Shown: piece by piece, positions 38,939 through 51,387 of the stretch
Layout: every line of letters starts with the position of its first letter
Position numbering within the stretch: the stretch's first letter is position 1
Assembly (NCBI GenBank): GCA_002104905.1
Contig: MCFE01000264.1
Location: forward strand, 1-64,000
Direction of reading: 5' to 3'
Length of the DNA: 64,000 nt
From: Basidiobolus meristosporus CBS 931.73
Lineage: Eukaryota > Fungi > Basidiobolomycota
Translations under genes and position numbers: made by a program
Notes under the pieces: generated by a model
Database searches by the model: none
Told to the model about the DNA's origin: nothing
What the model saw: only the letters and a program-made list of their open reading frames with translations

Positions 38939-40424
38939 AGGTGCAATAACTTCCTCCCACTTTTGCATCCGTTTTCTTCCTAGAAATATTCAATAAAGAC
39001 CGGGAGGTTTGAATAAGCCGAACATCATTTTCCCATCCATATACAAATTGCCCCGACTTCGCGACCTTACAAAGTCCAAGCACCTTGTTGTTACCCCAAG
39101 ACTGAGCACATATTTCCATTTCCCAACCACGCCAGTCGAGCGCCCATCAAGAGTCCCTTCAAAATTTGTCACCCGGCCACCGATTTGTAATCCCGCATGC
39201 ACGGTCGAATAAGAATGGCCAGCTGCTTCGACTCCTCCCCCGCACCCCCTCGTGCTTTTACCCATGGATATTCGGGTGAGGAATTACCCCCATCCTTGCT
39301 GATTTGGTCGCGGATTTCTGCCGATTAGGGATCCAACTGAATTACGTGAGATCAATGAATTTTCATAAACCCCGCTCCCATCACCAATTTGGCCACCACT
39401 TCACCGTTTCGTGTAGCCTATTCCAACTTTGAAACATCGGTCTCATTCCACCATCCGCGATTATACGTCAGAGGCTCACTGGCGATTGTTTCCTGATTGA
39501 TTAGCTGGATTCCTCGATCAGCCGAAGGGTGGTGGTGGCAGCCATTCGACAGCCCTGACTAGCCATCTATGTACTGCTATATGGGATCCATTACGATCAT
39601 TTGAATGCTCGGTAATGGGTGTGAGCCTGGCTGTTGATTCGTCGGTGTTTCACGCACAGATGTGTATCACCACTTCCAATAAGCCATGCCTCGATGGATA
39701 TTGCCTGGCCAGATGCTGACCTCCAGTTATCGAGTGTGGGTTGGCCGTATCAAGATGGAGATGGACTATCTCCCCCCCGCCACACGCACAATATCAGATA
39801 CTTTGCTGCCACCTACTTGCGCGCAGGCCTGCACGTGCTGACCTTCCCATATTCAGCGCCCATGACATTGAGATTGCACTTGCGCTTCTGATGGATTGAT
39901 CAGCCATACTGGACTGGGGCTCATGGAAGGGCAGCATGGGTGGCAAAATTATGTATTACTTGATATATGGATGTTACATTAGTACAATCCGAATGATTGT
40001 TGGTCTTGTAGGTGTGCGTAATGAGTCGGTTAGCTGGTAGTAAGGAGGGTAAGTGGGCCTAATTAACTAATAGAAGTCGCAGGAATCCATCGGATTCAAA
40101 CTGTATATTAAGGTCGTTCACTACAAAAATGATCGGATGTAAAAAGACAAGGTTGACTACAAATAACATGGTGTGTATATACTCAATCTACTAAAGTGGA
40201 GTAAGATAAAATAGAACGTATAGATGCGAGATCTATATCATAAAGAAACGTCGAATTGCTCTGCACATCAAACAAAATGCAAACTGGTTGACTCCATCTT
40301 TCAAAATATAAGGCCGGATGGGTGTGCGAATCATAATGAGAATCCGTCCCAAACGACGGTGGGGTTCCTCATCCTGACTCGTTACGGAGTGAGAATACAT
40401 CTGGAAGTAGCGAACGAAGAATTA

Positions 40425-43179
40425 TCACCTGTTCCCTCGAGCATTTCCGGAGGAACTTGGTAGAGTGGAAGATACATGAGCAGGACGCGGGTAAGTTAGG
40501 TGCGTCACGGGATAGTGGTGGGCTGAGGTCCGTTCAATATAGGTATCGGATTTGGTGATAGGTTGTCGTGAATGGGATGACGGTGTAGCGACGAAGTTAG
40601 GTATGGTGTGGGTGGCATTCGAGCTAGGGGCAGACGACACGTTGGCTGCAGTTGACTTCTGCTGTTGTTTTCCTGCTCGTGCAATGGATCTAGAGTATCT
40701 CAGTCCACAGGCATTGCATAAACTGTGGAGACCGCCATGAAGAAGGGTTAATCAATCTAGCCCTGATAGTAATAGAAAAAGATAGACATGAACTACTAAC
40801 GTTTTGTGTCCAGTGGGGCCTCGTCTCCATTCTGGGCTTTGACTTGTATTACAGCTTTCGCATCTCTTTTGGGCGGCCGCACTGTTGTGTAAAAACGATA
40901 TGGGAACTCCACCTCTGGCCATTCCATAGCCTTGGGAGGACGAAGTATGAAGACCCGGGTTCGGTGATCTGTAGGGATTCATTGACTGTGGATGAATACC
41001 AACTGGGGCACTCATTACATGTGGGTGAGATGCTGGAGTGTAAGTCAATTCATTAGATAAATGATGCGACTGGGGCTCCACCAGCTGCGAAATTGGTGGG
41101 AGCGCTCCTTTGGAAGGTTGCTCTCGATGAGTGACTGGAGATGAATGTCGACGATGAGAGCCTGGGTGATCCATCGGCCTAAAGATGTCCCCTTCTGAAT
41201 AGTTACGACCCAATACGCGAACTCTTAGATCCTCCTCTTCAGAACGGAACTTCTTTCCTAGAGCAGCACACATTGGAGGGCCCGCTTCATTAAATGCACG
41301 CTTATTCGGAGACAACGGTGATGGAACGGCAATCTGGTTTTCAGGTATCCGCGCTAATGAGCTATTGGATTTCATTAGACCCGCCTTGTCTCGCGGCCGT
41401 TCGAAATTGGTATGTGGCTCGGATGCGCGTCGGTTCGCGTTAAAATTTGGATCAGATTCCTTACTGCTCAGTGTAGGCAGTACTGGGAGACTTGCTCGGT
41501 TATGAGAATTCCGTGGGTAATAAGAGTAGCTGCTCTGAGAATATACGTTGGATGTTTCTTCGGGGACAGTGCATTCGGGCGTTTGCGAACTCGAATGGAC
41601 AGATGGAGATCCCGGGGAGAGTGGCGTGCCAGAAGCGGCGTAAGGAGGGTTCAGTAGATGAGAGACACTAGACGTTCCGGATGGTGAAGCAAAAGAAGTG
41701 ACCGGTTTATTGTCTACGTAAAGAGCTGATTAGTTCACAGTGATGAACTCGATATCACTGAATAGTGTACCTGAAATAGTTTTGTTTAATGGCGAATAAT
41801 GTCGCTTACCAGGTGGAAGGCTCAATTGCAAGGGTTGTTGAGCAGCAAAATTAGAAAGTAATGGTGTAGCAGATTGAAAGCATGCGAATGTAATTGACCC
41901 GTACGGAATAACTATACATTGGACGTACTGGATAGAGCCGCTCCTCTGGGTTAGGCTGTGCTTTGCAGTATACCTTTGAATACACAAGCGGCCATCCGTT
42001 GGAGGTGGTTTTTCCAGGTGTTCCTTGATTTTACGCAAATCTTCAGATTTGAGATGATGCTCTAGTACCCCCCTCGCCCCGGGAGGAGGAGCGTGCTGTG
42101 CGCCTGTGAGCTTGCAAAACGTCTCTTCTGGCCAGCAGAGCAGTGGTGACAGAGTATTTGAGTCTAGGATAAAGAATACCCGGGAGTAATTGCCATGAGA
42201 GCCGCCAACTGCCAATGGTCCAACAAAGTTGTTGGACGATGAAATATTCGATGTGGGGCTTTGAGGAGTATCCGGTGACAGCGGAGCACTGAAGTTTTTC
42301 CCTGATGAACTTGGATGTCGACTAGGATCACTAAGGTATCGCACACATTGGTTCCAATACTCGATGTCCTAATCAAAGCAATAAAACAATGAGAATAGAA
42401 CGGCCACCTTCAACCGATAAACCAGCACAAACCTGCGAATCATAGCTTTGCTGACCACATGCGTGCTGATGTTGTTCATCTATTGATAAATGGGGACTGA
42501 TGTTAATACATTACCCGAACTAAATTGAATTGTACATTAATTTACCATATATAGGATGAAATATTCCAAGAACTACTCCATCACACAAAACGTTAAGAGC
42601 AATATCCATAACGAGATATTCTCCTTCATCATGCTCTGGAGTATTGCCACTATGTGAATCATTATTTTCGTGACGCTGGTTAGAGGTCGTTGAGCCAAAA
42701 TAGGAGCACGGGGAGCGTGGCTGAGTTGGCGGTGTGGGTATTGGTGGTAAGGAGGTTTGACCTCCTTGGAAGCCCAAGTGCTCGGTTGGAGCAGAGATAG
42801 CAACAGAAGCCTTACGCCTAGGTCTCGCTAGGGGACGAGACAGATAGATATTTCGAAATCGGCACCTAAAAGAAACTACCTATTAGCGTTGTTACTCGAG
42901 TTCGGTTTGGTAGACATCAATAAGGTCACTACATAACGAGATATGGCAAATCTATCTGTACCTAGTTACCGAACCTAGCAGATCGCGTTGCTCTATAGAC
43001 CTTGATATGTCTCTTTTGGCTGGCACGTATTCATTAGGATGCAAATAATCGTAGAAGCAGGTTCCCAGTATTGCATGGTCCCCTGACAAACTATTCCTCA
43101 GGCTCGAGGACAAATAAGCAAAAGTAAGATTTGAAGTGGAAAGTAGGGCCCAAAAACATGTCTTTTGGACTGTTGTCAT
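40425..43179 (-). CDS. PAS/PAS-like domain GATA zinc-finger transcription factor (CX2CX18CX2C class), about 790 aa, 6 exons
   Basis: Exons near 43179-42962, 42868-42549, 42481-42434, 42370-41811, 41725-40801 and 40722-40425 splice in frame with GT-AG ends. N-terminal PAS: CFWALL..YLSSSL..GTCFYDYLHPNE..GSVTR-CRFR. Finger: CESC NTSQSPEWRRGPTGHKTL CNAC. Confidence 0.88.
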
Positions 43180-46100
43180 TTTCCTGAGACTTTGTGGGAC
43201 GCTTCTATAAGTATATGTAGTCGACTCTGTTCAGTACGACAACGGGGGAAATATGAACTACAATAGAAATAAGCCTATCTCTATCAGAGATGGTTATTGC
43301 TCGATAGCTTTTCGTGCGTAAGGGAGAAGACTACACACTGTTTGCTGGGAAATTGGAAGGGAGATATCAGCACCACAAGTGCCGGAGGGAATATACGGGC
43401 AAGAAGATATAGAAATCGAAGGGTCACTAACGGCAGTAATGGAAGGCCAATCAAAGCCGATATAACAAGAACTTAGAACAATCAAAAGTTTTACGGGAAG
43501 AAAAGAGGTAGCAGATATTATTCGAGGGTCGGGAGTATTTGAGCTAGCTGCGACACGGTTAATTGTGTTTGGAGGAGATTGAATTTGACCCATCTTTTGA
43601 ACCAATTTTTCACCCTCTGACACTCTGGCCCTGTTTGGTGTACGATCTCACCCAGTACAGGATTTTTGATTCAATTGACTGGTTGTTCCATCACAGTACA
43701 GGCTATTGGTCCAATTTAAAAATCAAGTGTAATAAGAAACTGGACTATATGCAGAGTTACATTTAAGCTACCTGCTACCAAGTTCCATATTACACGATTC
43801 TTTTTCCCATCAGGTCTATTTTCTCATGTCGATGATCGTGATTTGTACACCCTGGAATTCCTCACCATGCGTTCTCTATTTTGATCCGACCACTCCCCAT
43901 TCCATAGAGCCGAAAAGATTGGGATCACACCCACCAGGTCCTGATCGGGAATAATGACAGGAAATAGAAGGCAGGCACCAGTAAAAGCTGAAAGACCAAT
44001 TGGTTTGTACTGCACCCACTAAATTTGTGCCAAACATGCATACAGTAAGTGACATTGGGGTGGATAGCACACAACAACGAGTGCGCTAGGCTGATTATAG
44101 CTAACTGGCATGCCCAACCTCTGACCCTGGGCGGTTTCACCCACTGCCGTTGTGGCCGTTCCATTTGTTAGGGTAGAGGAGCGAGTGCTCCGCTTAATCA
44201 GGCCTCGGGCTGGGCGTTGCGATCTTGAAACCGTGTCGCCCACTCGAGCCAACGGAGTGATGGTGGCACACCGAGCGACGGGCAATACCAAGATATCCTC
44301 GCCAAGCTCCCCCTCGCCCTCCTAGCCAGGATTCAGGATTGTGCTTAATGGCTCAGCAACGATCAGTCTCCATCTCACTGCAGTTAGCTTCCATAGATCA
44401 CTGAGCTATCTGTAATACTTGAGCCACTTGGGATACAAGCAGACTGCTCGATCGCGTTTCAGCAGCCTCATCGTGCATATTTGTGAAAATCTTGATTGCC
44501 ACTCAACGCATGTAACATGATCATTTGACTCGGCCCATCACATGATCCAATCGTTACATCATGATTGCACAGGATACAGATCATTAGCTGGTATTATTAG
44601 AGCATTCTTCCCAAGATACAGTCGCATTGAACAATCCTCCTCCCCTCATTTCCTTGATTTAGCTAGGCTCCAGACATTATAAATATGCCGTTCTTCGGTC
44701 ACTGGATGGGGAGTCGTAATCAATGATGCGCGCAAAAAAGGAAAGCCCAGATCCATTCCGTCGAATATGTTTATCCATCAGCATCTGTATCACCAGGTCT
44801 AGGTGATGCTTGAGAACGACAATTTGCTAAATTTCAGAGCCGAATATTGCTATTAGATTACTACACTAGCCGACCATCGATGATTCATGGCCCATATAAA
44901 TGTGCAGCCAGTTTATTAATGCGCTTGCAGGGTTCTCGATTGCTTGGATGATACAACGGAATGCTCAGCGTATGGGTGGAATCCAACATTCAGATGCTGG
45001 GAAACCTTAATGAAGGATGAAACCTAAATTTACTACACTTACCCTAGTGCGCAGACATTATACCAAATCCACACCTGACGTAATGCCCCTACGATCCTCC
45101 TGTCCCATGTCACTGCATCTTTTTGATGCTGAAAATTTTGGTTCAAGCACTGATCGCATCCGATTGTATCTTTGGGCAGATCTGCCAATTGCCATTTGGT
45201 TGGAGTGCTTGATCGTTTGGCCACGCGATTGTTCCTTCGGGAAGAGCTATTGTTGCAATATAAGCGAGCCAGACACGTCCACCAAATGCCTGGTAATCGG
45301 ATGTTTTCATGGGCGATGGCTTGCTGGCGATTGCGTAGCTAGCCGAGGATATCTCGAGCCTCCACCCCTAGATGCTGCCCCGAAATAGCCCCGTATATTC
45401 TAAATAGAGTTTGACGTTATACGCGGTTGCCACTTCTTGGACCAGATAGTGCATCATTTGACTGCACGATGCACGCAGCGATCATCTGGATATCATTAAA
45501 ATCAATCTATCTCGGGGATGCATGTGTCCAGCCAATTCAGCTAAAAGCATTCGCTGGTTAAGGCGGTTAATCAGAATCTTTGGTATCTACTGAAATACAA
45601 TGGCGCGCGGTAAATCCACAGCTGGTGTATAAGATCATATAAGATCATCACGCAGCATTATCGAGCGGTTGAGTATCACAGCATTGGCCGACTCTCGCCT
45701 ACCTATATATTCATATTAGGCCTTCAGCAGGAATATTCCACTGGCACCCCAATGGATAAAGCAAGACAGTTCATGACAGAGTATCAGAAGATCCCAGGCC
45801 AGTCGGGTTATGATGATGCTGTTACGCAAACAGATACTATAGCAACCAATCGATCCTTGAGTTTGAACAATTCGGACAAAACTGGTTCTCGATCCAACTA
45901 TGGAAGGTTCATTTCAAATCACTGCTGGTGATCTGGATCTTTCGTTGCACGAACTCCGAGCAACCCCTAAACGATGCATGCTTTTAACGAGTACTTAATC
46001 AGGCCACCATTACTTTGATTGCCGTACAGAATCGCGGGCCACTATGCTCCAAATCTGACAACGTCATCAACAAGAGTCGATTAGTTCTTCAGTCACTGTC

Positions 46101-47748
46101 TAGCCATTCTCTTGGTTATGCTTCAGCCTAGATGCAGTTTAAGAGTTTTAAGTGCACACTGATTTACCCCAAAGCCTGAGTTTACTCCTCGAAGGAAACG
46201 TTGCACGGTTTCAATCTCAATGCACAGCTGGGAGGGTTAGGCACCACCAGATTAGCATACACAATGGCCGTTCGCCAGCTACCAGTCTGCGTTTTGTGGG
46301 CAAAAGTGTGAATATCATAGTGAATTCGACGGTGCCTGATGTTACAATTATGAATACAGCCCTTGACATAGGGAATATCTGAGTCGGAGTGTGGTGTCAG
46401 ATAGGCCACAAATGCTTTTTCTGATAGCTGATCAGATGGTTGGAATCAATTTCATTGCTAAATTAGAGGCCTTGTGGCCCAGTGTCCCAAGCCAACCTCT
46501 TAATACATCACTTGACGCTCGGCAAGAGTTGTGCATGTGTTATACAACACCCAAACCACTTTGTTGTAGGGTCTCCAAGCATGTTCACAGTTTGTATGGC
46601 CTCCTGGAGCTGATCAAATGCTGATGAACTTCCAATGATAACCAATACAAGAAGCACGTCACTTGGTGCTGAGAGCGATCACGTTTTCGGAGGGTATCTA
46701 ATCATAATTTACTCGCCCACGTTGAGTTGGCGACTTATAAGGGTCAAGATATACCTGCTGAGGAATCGGGCTGCTGATTTTGGGATACCACTTCATTATC
46801 GCCTGGCTCTCAATTTATTTCCGGTGGGCGAGTTGTGCTTTACTTGAGCTTGACAGAGTCTAGGCTCGAAAAGGTTGTTTACTGTTTTTTGCATATATGC
46901 TTAATTGCGTAACCCACATGCAATTCCCATTGGAACGTTACAGAACGAAATGGAAGAAATTAAGCATTTTACGTCCACATCACTAGGATTCGGCAAGTAT
47001 GCTCGAGATGGCCGTTGATTCCCCTGTCGCCTCGATGAAGACCAGGCCAGTTGAGGTTCTTGTGGCCCAGCTGCATACTCATCTATCTTGCAGAATGGTA
47101 TTTGCTTGTAGGAACTAGCATTTCTTCCTATTGGCTTGATGGGGATGATCGGTACTCACTATCAGACATTCGTATCTGCCATCATACAAGGGAGCAATGT
47201 TTTTGCCTTTTCTAAATGCCTGGTCATCAAAATCAGCTTGGAACAACAATTATCGCCATTCGCCGATATCGTGCATTCTCGTGTGCAAGCATTCGATATA
47301 TGGATTTTGACACTGATGATCTCCTGTTTCGTCACCCTTGGTAGCCTATCGCGATCGTTTGGATTGTTCTGTCTAGGTACTTACGCCATGAGGTAATAGG
47401 ATAATAAATCAAGTAAAATCAACCAGATTTTGGCTGAGTGGAAAGGATATTGACCAGATGGATCCTTTTGTACGGTATTTCTCAATTGGGATTCAAAGCT
47501 ATGGTCTGGCTCAATCCAAGGAAATCTGTCGAATCAATGCTGATTTTCGGATTGGATTGACCGGGATTTGTACTATAGGTTATCACTCGCATCTTGTATA
47601 AGATTCTATAGAAATCGAACGTGCGGAATCATTGGCTGTTTTTTTCTGAGCGTTGAATGTTTTAAATAGAGGTGTCATCCGCTCCTTTGAATCTTCGTCA
47701 ATCCACTAGAATTTCTTATTCTTCATTCAAGTGATTCACTAGTTAGCC

Positions 47749-49281
47749 ATGGTCCAACCCAGAGAAAAGGTCTGCCTCGTTGTTATCGATGGTTGGGGTA
47801 TCTCCCCCGAAGAGTCCCCCAAGGGTGATGCTATCCGCAACGCCGAAACTCCCGTCATGTCCCACTTCGAAAAGGACTACCCATGGACTCCCATTGCCGC
47901 TCACGGTTTGTCCGTCGGTCTTCCCGATGGTTTGATGGGCAACTCCGAAGTTGGTCACTTGAACATTGGTGCCGGTCGTGTTGTCTACCAAGACATCGTC
48001 AGAATTGACTTGACCTTGGAGCGCAAGGAATTCATCAAGACCCCCAACATTGCCAAGTCCTTCGAAACCGCCAAGAACGGTAACGGTAGACTCCACTTCC
48101 TCGGTCTTGTCTCCGATGGTGGTGTCCACTCCCACATCAAGCACTTGTTCGGTCTTGTTGAAGCCGCCAAGGAGTACGGTGTTCCCGAAGTTTACATTCA
48201 CTTCTTCGGTGATGGTCGTGACACTGCCCCCAAGTCTGCCACCAAGTACATGAAGGAACTTCTTGAATTCTTGGCCAAGGAGAACTACGGTAGCGTTGCC
48301 ACCGTTTGCGGTCGTTACTACGCTATGGACCGTGACAAGCGTTGGGAACGTATCCAACTTGCCTTCGATGGCCTTGTCAGCGGCAAGGGCGAGAAGACCG
48401 ATGATGTCCTCAAGACCATTGAGGAGAGATATGCTCAAAACGAAACCGATGAGTTCCTCAAGCCCATCATTGCTAACGAGAACGGTCTCATCAAGGATGA
48501 CGATACCCTCTTCTTCTTCGATTACCGTTCCGACCGTATGCGTGAAATCACCCAGGCTTTCGGTATCCAACCCACTCCTTTCGACTCTGTTGTCCCCAAG
48601 AACTTGAAGATCTTCACCATGACCCAATACAAGGCTGACTATCCCTTCGAGGTTGCCTTCCCTGCCCAAACCATGGACAACGTTTTGGCTGAATGGCTCG
48701 CCGCCAAGAAGATTCCTCAATGCCACATTGCTGAAACCGAGAAGTACGCCCACGTTACTTTCTTCTTCAACGGTGGTTGCGAAACCCAATTCGAACTTGA
48801 GGAGCGTCGCTTGATCCCCTCCCCTCGTGTTGCCACTTATGACTTGAAGCCTGAGATGAGCGCCAGAGGTGTCGGTGAGAAGGTTGCCGAGGAGATTGCC
48901 ACCGAGAAGTTCCCCTTCGTCATGTGCAACTTCGCTCCTCCCGATATGGTTGGCCACACTGGTGTGTATGAGGCTGCCGTCAAGGGTGTTCAAGCCACTG
49001 ATGAGGCCATTGGTATCATCTATGAAGCCTGCAAGAAGCACGGTTACATTCTCTTCATTACCGCTGACCACGGTAACGCCGAGAAGATGATCTCTGAGGA
49101 GGGTGGACCATACACCGCCCACACCTGCGCCCCCGTTCCTTTCACCATGACCAGCAACAAGTACAAGTTCGTCAAGGAACAAGGTGCTCTCTGTGACGTC
49201 GCTCCTACCATCCTTCGTGTCATGGGTCTTGATGTCCCCGCCGACATGACTGGCAAGTCTCTTCTTGATGAATCTGCTTAA
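47749..49281 (+). CDS. gpmI: 2,3-bisphosphoglycerate-independent phosphoglycerate mutase (iPGM), intronless
   Basis: VVIDGWG, GLMGNSEVGHLNIGAGR (catalytic Ser), SDGGVHSH, DGRDT, GRYYAMDRD, AETEKYAHVTFFFNGG, PDMVGHTG, TADHGNAE and HT motifs. Confidence 0.98.
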   Translation: MVQPREKVCLVVIDGWGISPEESPKGDAIRNAETPVMSHFEKDYPWTPIAAHGLSVGLPDGLMGNSEVGHLNIGAGRVVYQDIVRIDLTLERKEFIKTPNIAKSFETAKNGNGRLHFLGLVSDGGVHSHIKHLFGLVEAAKEYGVPEVYIHFFGDGRDTAPKSATKYMKELLEFLAKENYGSVATVCGRYYAMDRDKRWERIQLAFDGLVSGKGEKTDDVLKTIEERYAQNETDEFLKPIIANENGLIKDDDTLFFFDYRSDRMREITQAFGIQPTPFDSVVPKNLKIFTMTQYKADYPFEVAFPAQTMDNVLAEWLAAKKIPQCHIAETEKYAHVTFFFNGGCETQFELEERRLIPSPRVATYDLKPEMSARGVGEKVAEEIATEKFPFVMCNFAPPDMVGHTGVYEAAVKGVQATDEAIGIIYEACKKHGYILFITADHGNAEKMISEEGGPYTAHTCAPVPFTMTSNKYKFVKEQGALCDVAPTILRVMGLDVPADMTGKSLLDESA

Positions 49282-51330
49282 ATGTAGGCAATTCACCTTA
49301 GATTATATAATGAATATAAACCTCGATGTAAATCCTGTTTCTAAAATAATTCAGTGAAAATAAAGTACAATTATGTATACATAAACTCTGGAAACGTCAT
49401 CTCACAGGATGCCCAATTGCAGAACAATGCCATTGCATGAATGGGTAGGCGCATTCAGTTAGGGAGGTCGAAATTTCCTCGAATTGGGAACCCGAGGTTG
49501 CTTGGTCAACGGTAAGATTTTAGGAAGCTCATTGGCCCATTGCCCAACACCGAATCTTCATAGTTCTACCAAATGGGTTTCAATCGGTTCATGCAGCTCC
49601 GTATTGAACAAGATCATGGGAATGGATAATTTGTGCCATGTCATTATCCAACTTGAGCGCCTAGACAGTATCGGTAATGGTATCTAGAGCAAGGGCTGCT
49701 GTAAGCATGGCCTTCAAGCCAGACCAGTTTGTCCCAAAAAACCCACTCATGGGGGAGTTGCTTGTGATTGCGCTCTGGAATCGCCAAGCTGATTGAACAT
49801 CAGGGGGGTGATCCCACTTGATTGAAGTACCTTTTGTGTACCCCGGTACCAAAAGAATTGAGCTCGGCTGTACATTTTTCAATCAGATCAAACGAAGTAT
49901 GAGCTGGTTGTCAATGATACATGAGTCAGGTACTGGTGATGTTACTCGACACACTCAACAGGATTAATCTATATATCCATTGGGGTTTGGGTGCAACATG
50001 CATGGATATTTCATTAACAAAGATGAAAGGTCAACACAATGACATCATTGGGGTATCTGTTAAACCAAACATGGCTTTCACGTCGAGTCTGACTTTATGC
50101 TCATTGATCCAGACTGCCTGCACGGGAAGATGGCCCCTTCTCGCACCCATGATGTACATGTATCCCTAACAACAGGCTCTAATTCGCATTAGGCAGCCGA
50201 CAACTTGCGACTCTACCTCGGTTATAGACTATAGCATTAGGATGGGTGGCATTCCCTCATTAGGGGTGCCATGGTTGATGGTCAGGGGTGCGAGCCATCA
50301 CACTTGAGATGGCTTTACCAACAGAGTTGAGGGCTGTACATTTCCAAATGAGTTCGGAGTGGGCCTGATTTGGCAAGAGCCGGCGTTTTCCTGAAAAGGA
50401 GACAGCTGGGCTTCAGGCGATATGGCGAAGTGTGTGGGCTCACCCTTCACACGTTCTAATAGCATACTGCATGATGCTACCAAGATGTTGTCAACAGCTC
50501 ATAGTAGCTTTGTCACGATGTTCGGCTCACTCAATGCGAGTACGATTGGTTTGATCTCATTTGGTGGTGTTCAGCCTAGGCCGTGGCAAGTCCATTCCCC
50601 GGCTTTATCGATACTGGCGGGGTCGCAGTAATCTACTTTGTCAAGCCAAGGGATGGGCCACTGGGTGATTTCCAACAATCGTATATACTGAGCCTCAGGA
50701 TTTTCCCTTCCAAAATGGGTAACGGATTGTTTTGGCGAATTTTCACCAGTGAGCCAATCTTACGCGCTCATGTGGATTGTCGTTAAATTAACTGCTATTA
50801 TTACGAGCAACAGCGGCATGAATCGCCCTTCCTCACGGTGCACCTGAATTAAAATCGACCAAGCGTGTCCTTTTTGGATTCCAATCGTGATGGCTGTGGC
50901 ACACACAAAATTAAGCACGCATGGTTTGAAGTGGAATGCACCGTGGCCTGCTCCATGGTGGCAGTACGCAAATAGAAACGCGCCACCCATTGGTTCCAGT
51001 CCTCACCAACAAGTCGTATGGAGACCGAACATCTGTGATATGAAGAGTGGCGCATCCTGTGGCAAATCCAAAGATGGATATTGTTGGCAGAATTTCATAT
51101 AGTTGCCACCCAAGTAGATCAGCTCCGTCCGATTAACCTCCAGACGGTTCGCAAACTCATTAGAGATCAAATGGCTGATTGACCTCGCTAAATGAATCTG
51201 TAGCAATAAGCGTAGCTAACGAAAGCCGCCTTTCCTTTTTCCTCTTGTTTAATTTATTCTCGTCTACATGAAGCGGTAATGAAATCGAGTCCCGGCGAGT
51301 ATACTTCATGGAAGCGCCAAACGTCGAGGT

Positions 51331-51338
51331 ATAAAAGA
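51331..51338 (+). promoter_or_regulatory. TATA box (TATAAAAG) of the chitinase gene
   Basis: Canonical motif about 50 nt upstream of the ATG at 51388. Confidence 0.5.
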
Positions 51339-51387
51339 GTTGTGCCATTCGACCCTCTCACTAGACCCATACCACCCTCAACAAAAC

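Noticed and set aside
42855-42975. CRFR in the PAS domain suggesting a LOV photoreceptor (WC-1)
   Set aside because: The context is GSVTRCRFRN, not GxNCRFLQ, and it falls at the end of the PAS fold rather than at the flavin-binding position.
45752-45928. 58-codon ATG ORF (MDKARQFMTEYQKIPGQ..) downstream of a TATA-like tract
   Set aside because: Short, no codon bias or recognisable motif, and no convincing spliced continuation.
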